From positions 238,080,001-238,144,000 of the forward strand of contig NW_027362767.1 in NCBI RefSeq assembly GCF_046119375.1: DNA of 64,000 bases, read 5' to 3'. The first letter of the stretch is position 1; each line of letters opens with the position of its first letter. The notes under the pieces are model-generated. The model had not been told where the DNA came from. It saw nothing but the letters and a program-made list of their open reading frames with translations, and did no database searches. Origin of the DNA: Phyllobates terribilis (Eukaryota). Below are positions 1 through 11,400 of this stretch, piece after piece. The translations under genes and the position numbers were made by a program.

Positions 1-1186
1 AGGTAGTTAGATCATGCGAAGTGCATGATTAAAATATCTTGTGTCTGCAGGGCTGACAGTTATAAGACATAGCAATGCTCGTACATTGCTATGCCTTATA
101 ACTGTGATCAGACTGCAGAAAGTGAAAGTCTCATAGTGAGACAAAATTAAAAAAAAAGTGAAAAAAGTTGTAAAAATATTAAAAAAAAAATCACAAAATA
201 ATAAAAAAAAATAAAAAATATATTGTACCCATAAATATTATTATGAAAAAAATAACTAAATAACCAATAAAGTACACATATTTGGTATCGCCACATCTGG
301 AATGACCCGACCTATAAATCTGTCCCACTAGTTAACCCCTTTAGTAAACACCGTAAAAAATAAAAACCAAGGCAAAAAATGGTGCTTTATCTTCATACTG
401 CCAAACAAAAAGTAGAATAAAATATGATCAAAAAGACAAATGTATATGAAAAATGGTACCACTGAAAACATCATCTTGTCCCGCAAAAAACAAGCTGCCA
501 TACAGCTCCATCAGCCGAAACATAAAAAATATATACCTCTGAGAATAAAGCGATGCAAAAATAATTATTTTTCCTACAAAATAGTTTTTATTGTGTAAAA
601 GTGTCAAAACATAAAAAAGCGATATAAATGTCTTGAATGTGGTTTTGAGCACCTTGAGAGGTGCAGTTTTTAGAATGGTGTCACTTTTGGGTATTTTCTG
701 TCATATAGACCCCTCAAAGTGACTTCAAATGTGATGTGGTCCCTAAAAAAAATGGTTTTGTAAATTTCGTTGGAAAAATGAGAAATCGCTGATCAAATTT
801 TAACCCGTATAACTTCCTAACAAAATAAAAATTTGTTTCAAAAGTTGTGCTGATGTAAAGTAGACACGTGGGAAATGTTATTTATTAACTATTTTATGTG
901 ACATATCTCTCTGATTTCAGTGCATAACAATTCAGAGTTTAAAAATTGCTACATTTTCAACATTTTTGCCAAATTTCTGTTTTGTTTTTTTCTTCACAAA
1001 CAAACGCAAGTGATATCGAAGAAATTTTAGCACTATCATGAAGTACAATATGTCACGAAAAAACAGTCTCGGATTCAGCGGGGTCTGTTGAAGCGTTCCA
1101 GAGTAATTACCTCATAAAGTGACAGTGGTCAGAATTGTAAAATTGGCCTGGTCAGGAAGGTGAAAACAGGCTTGGGGGTGAAGGGG
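1..1186. mobile_element. Right part of a large AT-rich non-autonomous piggyBac-like repeat
   Basis: Ends in AAGGGG followed by TTAA (1187-1190), the piggyBac-type terminus. The internal sequence recurs at 49034-49693 and, reverse-complemented, at about 60200-61080 (e.g. CTAGTTAACCCC at 328-339 vs GGGGTTAACTAG near 60875). No ORF. Confidence 0.5.
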
Positions 1187-1628
1187 TTAAAGGGAATCTG
1201 ACAGCTGATACATACTGCTCAAACCACTGGCTGTACAATTTTAGCCAGGTATACTTAACTCTGAAACGCTGATGCTTTTCAGAGAGAAACATGCTTTAAA
1301 AGCAGTCGGGGACCTAGCCAAATGAGTGAATAATTGAAAAGTCGAGTCCCCAATTGCTTCTCCCCATCTGCCAACAATGATTGACGTCTGTCTCATTATA
1401 CCCGCGCACAGGGAGAGACCTGTCACTCAAAGGGAGTGGGTGCGGAGAAGCCTGCAGGGACTGCAGGGATCTGCCTTTTCAACTAGTTACTCACGCGACT
1501 CAGTCCCCAGCGGCTTTTAAAATAGTTTTTTTCTCTGAAACACTGCCGCATTAAAGAGTCAAACATATATGGCTGAGATCACACAATCAGTGCCTGATGC
1601 ATGCTGCCTGTGGTTCGGGCAGCATTTA

Positions 1629-2328
1629 CAGTGGGTACGGAAAGTATTCAGACCCCTTTACATTTTTCACTCTTTGTTTCATTGCAGCCATTTGGTAAAT
1701 TCTAAAAAAATCTTTTTTTTTTCTCATTAAAGTACACTCTGCACCCCATCTTGACTGAAAAAAAAACAGAAATGTAGAAATTTTTGCAAATTTATTAAAA
1801 AAGAAAAACTGAAATATTACATGGTCATAAGTATTCAGACCCTTTGCTCACACACTCATATTTAAGTCACATCTTGTCCATTTCCTTGCGATCCTCCTTG
1901 AGATGGTTCTACTCCTTCATTGGAGTCCAGCTGTGTTTAATTAAACTGATAGGACTTGATTTGGAAAGGCACACACCTGTCTATATAAGACTGCACCGCT
2001 CACAGTGCATGTCAGACCAAATGAGAATCATGAGATCAAAGGAACTGCCCAAGGAGCTCAGAGACAGAATTGTGGCAAGGTACAAATCTGGCCAAGGTTA
2101 CAAAAGAATTTCTGCATTACTCAAGGTTCCTAAGAGCACAGTGGCCTCCATAATCCTTAAATGGAAGAAGTTTGGGACCATCAGAAGTCTTCCTAGACCT
2201 GGCCGTCCAGCCAAACTGAGCACTTTCGGGAGAAGAGCCTTGGTGAGAGAGGTAAAGAAGAACCCCAAGATCACTGTGGCTGAGCTCCAGAGCTGCAGTA
2301 GGGAGATGGGAGAAAGTTCCACAAAGTC
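1629..2328 (+). mobile_element. 3'-truncated Tc1 element (IR/DR-type TIR plus N-terminal transposase fragment)
   Basis: TA then CAGTGGGTACGGAAAGTATTCAGACC. ATG at 2030 gives [15 protein letters not shown]...HTH. Homology stops near 2328. Same family as 24389-26018. Confidence 0.9.
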
Positions 2329-2962
2329 ACTGAGAGCAGCAACTGACATTCAGTATTGGACCCAGGAAGGATGAGTAAAGCACATGTTGTTTTGTTTTTT
2401 TCTTTTTAAAAAAAAAACAAACATCCTGGGGACATCTCTTTAAGGATGTGGTTTTGAAATACATTTGTGATTTTAACTTATTTTGTATGGTGAATATCGT
2501 GGTTTTAAAAAGATGGAATTAAAAAAATAATCATTTTAATCTATATGACAAAATGCTGGAATTTCTGTGTTTATTATATTGTATGAAATCATGTAGCACT
2601 CCATGTAAATCTGAGCACAGGATCTGTCCAAGACTATGGGAGGAAACCCAGGGGAGCTGATTTATACAATTGTTTGGTTGTTTTGGGAGGGGGGGGGGGG
2701 TTATGCCTTTTTTTATTCACACATTTTTAATAGCATCGTTTAGGTCTTTTAGACAAACTTATAGAAACTTCCTAAAACAAACCCCATCACACCTAGAGCA
2801 TAATGTGTTTAAAAAAATAGCACCAAAAGTGAGGAAAACCTCCACAAACAAATACAAAACATTGGTATTAGTGCATTTTGCTTCTGAATTTTTGCCTAAT
2901 ATCAGGATTTGTTTTTCCCTCCCCAAAAAAATAAGGCTGTGTGTAAAATCAGAAGGGCTCAC

Positions 2963-3032
2963 CTGGACAGGAATCATCAGCATGGGAGAAGGCGGCCACC
3001 GTCCAGATGACTGCAAACAATGACATCCACAT
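2963..3032 (-). CDS. First coding exon of a secreted protein, probably ficolin-like (gene continues left of the window)
   Basis: Minus strand reads ATG TGG ATG TCA ... TGT CCA G|GTGAGC = MWMSLFAVIWTVAAFSHA-DDSCP with a phase-1 donor. Hydrophobic signal peptide ending in S-H-A. TATAA about 60 nt upstream of the ATG. Resembles ficolin exon 1 (signal peptide then xDTCP|E). Confidence 0.65.
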
Positions 3033-3091
3033 GATTATTTGATCTGCACTTTCTTTGTGTCAAGATCCAGGGATGTGAGGAGCGACTCGTC

Positions 3092-3096
3092 TTATA
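3092..3096 (-). promoter_or_regulatory. Candidate TATA box of the ficolin-like gene
   Basis: Minus strand CTATAAGA, at a spacing compatible with a TSS near 3065 and the ATG at 3032. Confidence 0.5.
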
Positions 3097-3477
3097 GATC
3101 TCACCATGGCTAAGCCGCTCCCCTTCTTATCCCGTCATTAGGAAATACACAGCCCTAGAAACAGATAATGCGATATCATTCTTCTCGCACGACATCGCGT
3201 GCAACAGAAAAATGCTTTTCTAGTGAAGGACAAATATTAAAATATTGGCTTATGACTGACTGAACCTGGGCTGCCATACTATCAGGCTGGACAAATTCAC
3301 AAAGAAATATTTTCTTATATCTATAATAAATAAAACCAAATAAATGTGTCAGACAAGTCCCCTATGTTATTTGCATGTACTGTTATTACTTATTCATTTA
3401 CTGCAGGGTATTTGCTCATTTTATTTTTTTATCTTAGATTTTGTCTGTTAAATGACCACAGTGGGAATTTGCACCTA

Positions 3478-5115
<1,638 letters not shown>

Positions 5116-6030
5116 TACATATTGCACTTATACGAACATATGTTCTGGCTCATTTCTTTGGTTTTGCTGTATTTTTTTTGTACTTTGTACATACAGGGGA
5201 GCTTTTTTTTTTTGTTGACTATTTAGCATCCAAAGGGCAGGTGCAAAACAGTCAGGTCTGGGTCCTGCTCTGCCCCCATCTATTTTGAGGTCTGCTGACA
5301 CATAGGTGAACTACAAGAGTTAGGGTCCATCCTGATTGAGTATACCTTGTTGCGGTGGGATGGCCTTAAAGCTTTTTTGATAAAACATATATTACTATTA
5401 TTTATGTATTAACTTACTGCAGGGAATTTGCTAATTTTGTTTTTTTCTATCCTTGGCTTTACCTATAATAAATAGTTACTTTCTGAATTAAAATAACAAT
5501 ATAGGAGCATCATTTTTTTAACAATGCATTGCTCCTCTTTGATACCTCCTGAAAATGTATGAATAAATTGGCAGCCGAATATGATGTGTCCCTTCAAACA
5601 CTGACACTCTCAACCCATTGATTGTAGCAACACAAACCATTGACAAGAGTATAGTAATATTTTAATTTATTCAGCACATTTATTTCCAGGAGGAATAACA
5701 GAGGAGTAGAAAAACAGTAAGTTTTAAGAAAAAATACTCCAGAATTGATATCTCATGGGGAATACAAATGTTTACTATAATAGAAACTTCAGAAGAGTTG
5801 ACAGATCTTCTTTAAAAAAAAATACTAGATGAATTATAAAGGCATTGTGAATGTGACTATAATAAGGTTATTACTGGGCACTGCTGCGCTTGCCAAATTT
5901 TCATGGGCACTGAGATGGCAGATGTGTATAAACAGGGTTGCTTCTGGCACCTTCACAGGGACATAAAACGGTAAAAGTACCAATGTATGTTCACTATACA
6001 GGTACTTTGCCATACAATGCCAGCTGCACT

Positions 6031-7022
6031 TGTGGCACCCCAGGGGTCTGGTTTCCACAGTAACAGCAGTGTTATGTCTGAGAGCAGGTGGGAGGTCTCT
6101 TGATCAGGAATCCTATGCATGCCACACCTCCTGCCCAGTCCTGGGAGGGGAAGAACTTCCCCTATATAAAACTGGGGCTGAGGCAGGGTTAAAGAAGAAG
6201 AGTAGAGAGAAGAAGAGAAGCAGTGATAGGAAAGAAAGATCAGGAGCTCTGTGGGAGTCGTGCTAAGAGGAGATCAGGGCTGGAAGCTGTAGAGCTCGCC
6301 CTGATTGAAGATTTCTTACCGGACCCGGAGTCCGAGGCTGTGGGGACTAACTCCTACCCAGCAGCAGAAACCGACCGGCAGGGGATTTCAGGTCCTCTGG
6401 CCCAGAAACCCGAAGGCTCGGTCACACGTGTGGGACCAGCACCGCCGTCGTGGAGCGGAAGCTACTAGAAGGCCCCGAGTCACCGGCCATACGGGTGAGC
6501 ACCACACGGTACACTCAGGGACGTGGGCTACCTTTACCCGCCTCTAGCAAGGTAGCCAGAAGAGTACAATTAGTTGGGGAGGCCTACAACTCCGCCTGGC
6601 CAAGGGGGATCCCATCTGCTCAAGGACTGACCAGGCCCCGACCGCTAGCCAGTACTCCGGGAGGGTCTATCTTTGTCACCAGTAAAGACCCTGAACTACA
6701 CCGTATCGTCTCTGAGTGATTCCTGCTACCCCCATCATCCACGTCGGCTGCCCTGAGGCCATACCCCTCCCGTTGGGGGTTATACCATCCACGCTGCACC
6801 ATCCTCCCACCGGCCTCAGCGGTTTGCCCTGCAGCGGCAGCTCCATAGCTGCATTCAACGGGTGGCGTAGTCGTTCTACATCTACTGCTAATATACCGTC
6901 ACTTAGTCTGACTCCCTGGGCACGGACCGGGTCACCGCCACGAGACTACTACCCCTATCAGATCCGGCTCCGGGTAGTCCCTGCGTGCGCAACGCTGCAT
7001 CACATAGGCCCAGGGCGCGTCA
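6031..7022 (+). repeat. 5' LTR
   Basis: TGTGGCACCCC...GGGCGCGTCA. TATATAAA at 6163-6170, AGTAAA near 6682. About 99.4% identical to the 3' LTR (six differences seen). Confidence 0.97.
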
Positions 7023-7027
7023 ACTTT

Positions 7028-7045
7028 TGGCGTAGTCGGCAGGAT
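7028..7045 (+). promoter_or_regulatory. Primer-binding site complementary to tRNA-Ser
   Basis: TGGCGTAGTCGGCAGGAT is the complement of the vertebrate tRNA-Ser 3' end (...ATCCTGCCGACTACG-CCA). It lies 5 nt after the LTR. Confidence 0.9.
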
Positions 7046-7526
7046 CTCGTGCCCGCAACCACCGGGTACTGCGTGCCTGAAAAAGACTGTTCAAACTTAC
7101 CAGTGGTGAAGATTCCCGCCATCCGGCGCCATCTTCTACCTTCTTCCCGCCATCCGCAAAGTTTTCCCGCCATCCGGCGCCATTTTCTGCCTTCTTCCCG
7201 CCATCCGTGGAGTTTTCCCGCCGTTGGACGCCATCTTGAAGACGCCGCACGGGAAGAAGAGGGGCGTGGACTCCGAAAGCGCGCGAGAACTGAAGCCCCG
7301 CCTCACGTCCGGACGTTGCGTAAGGTCCTGGAAGGAGCCCAGCAGACGCCGACGTCACAGAAGCGCGACGGAAGGTCCTCAACCCTGACGATCCACTGCG
7401 GAGCCGCGGCCTACGGAAGAGGATCATCGCAAGGTAGGCCACGGTCCACTAGGGGGGAGGAAGAAGTCGGATACGGAGGAGAGCTTCACTGCCTCAACCC
7501 CCGCCAGCGCCACCGCTGCTGCAGTC

Positions 7527-8444
7527 ATGCCTTTCACCATGCCCTATATCCCGGGAGCGGCCTGGCTACCCCAGTACTCAGGGGAGTCACATACTCTGCA
7601 TGACTTTAGAGAAAAGCTGGATAGCCTCTTCCAGGTGTACCCCCTCACAGAAGAGCAAAAAGTGAGCATCCTGGTGGCCCAATTAACTGGGGCAGCCCAA
7701 AGGGAGGTAAAGTCCTGGCCACCTGGGGGAAGGACTGTCGCAGGGATACTAACCCGGCTGAAGGATACCTTTGATACCCGCACCTCAGCCGAGATCAAGC
7801 TTAGATTCTACGGGTGCAAGCAGCGAGCACAAGAGAGTATAAGGGACTATGCACTAAACCTACAAGAGGCCCTGAGAGCCATTAAGCAGACCGACCCTGA
7901 CGGCGTGGGAGACGAGGACCGGCTGTTGACTGAACAATTTATAGAGGGTTTATATTGCAATGCCCACCGAACCCAGTTGCGGGCAATGGCCTTACAGGAC
8001 CCTCATCTGGGATTTGCACAGTTCAAGGACAGAGCCATCCGGGTGCTCCGAGAACCGGCACCAGGTGGCGTTGTGACCCACAGACGCCCCACTACCACTT
8101 ACCACCAAGAGGCGGCGCCCTTGTCGGCAGGGCCTGTGGGAGCTAATGCGCAGGCTTTGAACAATGACCCGGCTCCCGACCTGCACCATCAGGTCCAAGA
8201 GCTAGCTAAAAGCGTTGCTGCGCTAACCCGAACTGTGCAGTCTTTACAGGTTTCTACTCCAGGGAAGATCCAGCTGGCATCCGGACCGGAGGACATCCCG
8301 TGGCACCGACCAAGGAGGACCCCACCGGCCAGAGGAAGACCCAGCGACCGATACAACGAGGACGGACAACCTATCTGCCGCCGCTGCAATCAACCCGGAC
8401 ATATGGCAAGGTACTGTCCTTTAAACTGGCACAACCTAGGGTAG
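7527..8444 (+). CDS. gag: Gypsy Gag (305 aa)
   Basis: Capsid-like ORF ending with a CX2CX4HX4C zinc knuckle (CRRCNQPGHMARYC). Confidence 0.93.
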   Translation: MPFTMPYIPGAAWLPQYSGESHTLHDFREKLDSLFQVYPLTEEQKVSILVAQLTGAAQREVKSWPPGGRTVAGILTRLKDTFDTRTSAEIKLRFYGCKQRAQESIRDYALNLQEALRAIKQTDPDGVGDEDRLLTEQFIEGLYCNAHRTQLRAMALQDPHLGFAQFKDRAIRVLREPAPGGVVTHRRPTTTYHQEAAPLSAGPVGANAQALNNDPAPDLHHQVQELAKSVAALTRTVQSLQVSTPGKIQLASGPEDIPWHRPRRTPPARGRPSDRYNEDGQPICRRCNQPGHMARYCPLNWHNLG

Positions 8445-11400
8445 AGGGCCAACCCCTAGGAAAAAGATCATCAGGCCCATCAAACTGGCGTGACAAATAT
8501 GTGGGAGGACGTCCAGTCTTGCCTGTGGTACTGGATGGCATTCCTATGAGTGCCCTACTGGACACTGGGTCACAGGTCACCACCATCCCGTACGTGCTCT
8601 TCAAGCAGTACTGGAATGACTCGGATATAACCCGCTACCCTGACGACGACTTGAGTATCATCGCCAGCAATGGTCAGCCCGTGCCACAGATCGGATTTAA
8701 AGAGGTGACCATTAAAATCGGTAGAGTCGAGCTGGCAGCCCAGGGACTGATCATTGTGGACATTGATAAGCGCGAGAGTCACCCTAAGATAACTCTAGGA
8801 ACTAATGTAATTGAAAATTGTCTTGCAGAGGTGATTTTTATTTTACAGCAGGTTGCCAAGAACGCCAGCTCCGGCCAGCAGCGAGTGCTCCAAAAAGAGA
8901 TCCGGGCACTGATGCGACGGCAACAGGTGGAACTCTCCGGCGGTGAGATTGGTAGCGTGAGAATGTGTGACCCTTTCCCTATTGCCATGCCCCCAAAAAG
9001 TGAAATGATGATTTGGTGCCGGGCGGCTATTGGTCTGAGAGGTAGAGATTACCAGGCAATGGTAGAACCAGTTTACTCAGACAGTAGGCCCACCATTTTG
9101 ACAGCACGGGGGGTGGTCAATGTACGCCATGGGAGGGTGCCCGTTCGCATAATAAATATCGGGAAGAGGGAAGTGTACCTGCCCCGGTATGCCACGCTAG
9201 CCAAATTGTATACCATCAATCAGAATTCTATACAGTCCGTAGAACCCTTGCCTCCATCTTCTCCGGAGGAAGGTAACGGCTCTAAACAACAAATGGAGGA
9301 TTGGTGTCAGCAACTACATTTGGGTACTGACTCCACTCCCTCCCACCAGAAACAGGGAGTCTACCGGGTGGTTCAAGAGTACGAGAGAGTGTTTAGTAAA
9401 CACCCGTTAGACTTCGGGCGAGTCAAGGAGGTAGAACATCACATCCCCACGGGAGACCATCCTCCCATAAAAGAGAGGTATCGACCCGTACCCCCTGCAC
9501 ACTACCAACACGCCAAGGGGATGCTTAGAGACATGAAGGAGGCTGGGGTAATCAGGGAAAGCTGTAGCCCCTGGGCAGCTCCACTAGTCTTGGTCAAAAA
9601 GAAAGACAACACCATGAGAATGTGTGTAGATTACCGGAAAATAAACCGTATCACACACAAAGATGCGTACCCCTTACCAAGAATAGAGGAGTCTTTGGCT
9701 GCTTTAAAATCTGCTAACTTCTTCTCCACCTTGGATCTCACTAGCGGGTACTGGCAGGTTCCTGTAGCAGAGGCGGATCGGGAAAAGACCGCATTCACCA
9801 CCCCGATGGGACTTAGTGAGTTTACCTGCATGCCGTTTGGACTCTGCAATGCACCAGGAACCTTCCAGCGATTGATGGAGTGCTGTCTGGGACACCGGAA
9901 CTTTGAGACGGTCCTGTTATACCTGGACGATGTCATCGTCTACTCCAAAACCTACGAGGACCACCTGAAGCACCTGGCGGAAGTGTTTGAAGCTCTGGCA
10001 AGTTACGGCCTAAAGGTGAAACCCTCCAAGTGTCACCTCCTGAAGCCAAAGGTGCAGTACCTGGGACACGTGGTGAGTGCTGACGGAGTGGCTCCCGACC
10101 CTGATAAGATCACCGCAATTAAGGAATGGCCAAGCCCCTCCAGTGTAAAGGAAGTGAGGCAGTTCCTCGGGTTGGTAGGCTACTACCGAAGGTTCATACC
10201 CGGTTTCACCAAAAAGGCAGCTCCTATGCAGGACCTCCTGATAGGCCAGTCCAGGAAGGCCAAGAACCAGAAGCCGCCCTTCAGATGGGAGAAGTTGGAA
10301 GAAGAGTCCTTCCGCCAGCTGAAGATGGCCCTCACGGGGGATGAAATCCTGGCGTACCCTGATTATAGCCAACCCTTTATCCTCTACACCGACGCCAGTA
10401 ACATCGGGCTAGGAGCCGTACTATCCCAGATCCAGCAGGGGAAAGAACGGGTAATTGCTTACGCCAGCCGAAAACTGCGACCCACCGAAAGAAATCCTGA
10501 GAATTACAGCTCATTTAAGCTAGAGTTCCTGGCAGTGGTGTGGGCAGTCACCGAACGCTTTAAGCACTACCTCGCTTCTTCCCGGTTCACCGTGTACACG
10601 GATAACAACCCGTTGACACACCTGGACACTGCAAGACTCGGTGCCCTAGAGCAGAGATGGATGGCCCGCTTGTCCAACTATGAGTTTACAATCAAATACC
10701 GGGCAGGACGCTCCAATACCAACGCGGACGCCCTGTCCAGGATGCCAAACCTACCGGACGAGGGTGAGGATTCAGAAGATTTGGAAGAGGTCGAACTCCC
10801 TGCGTTCCACCGTCATGGGACTATCCAGTATTCCCACCGTGTAAGGGGTAAGCAAGCCGCTACGTTCAACCCCTTACCTCACTACAACTGGGCGGAAACG
10901 CAAGACAGTGACCCTGCCGTCCGGCTGGTGAAGGAGATGCTGACTCAGCCAGAAGCTCGCCTTGACCCAGACGCTCCGGAGGAGGCCAAGCAACTGTGGG
11001 TAGAGAAGAGTCGACTGTTCCTTTACAAGGGGAAGTTGTGCCGCAGAATGGTTAACTCCCGGACGCATGAACTGATCTGGCAAGTAGTGGTGCCAAGAAG
11101 GGACGCAGCTATGGTGATGGAGGCATACCACGACGGGGCTGGGCACTTCGGATGGAAGAAGCTGGAGTTCCTGCTGCGCGGGCGGTTCCATTGGGTAGGC
11201 ATGAGAGGAACCATCGAGAGGTGGTGCAGAGACTGTGGCCCATGCAACCTAAGAAGGAAGGACCGTGCCAGCCAGAAGACCCCCCTTCAGTCCATCGTCA
11301 CCCGGCAGCCGTTGGAACTGGTAGCCTTGGATCATGTAAAACTGACCCCAAGCAGAAGTGGCTACGTCTACGCATTAACCATCGTGGATCACTACTCCCG

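Noticed and set aside
7305-7526. Possible lost N-terminal gag extension (in-frame ACG at 7305, TGA at 7386-7388)
   Set aside because: It would need two assumed mutations and cannot be supported without a family consensus.
6716-7603. 295-aa ORF spanning the LTR and leader, and other short LTR ORFs
   Set aside because: GC-rich LTR/UTR sequence with a non-ATG start and no recognisable domain. The duplicates at 12918-13966 simply reflect the LTR copy.
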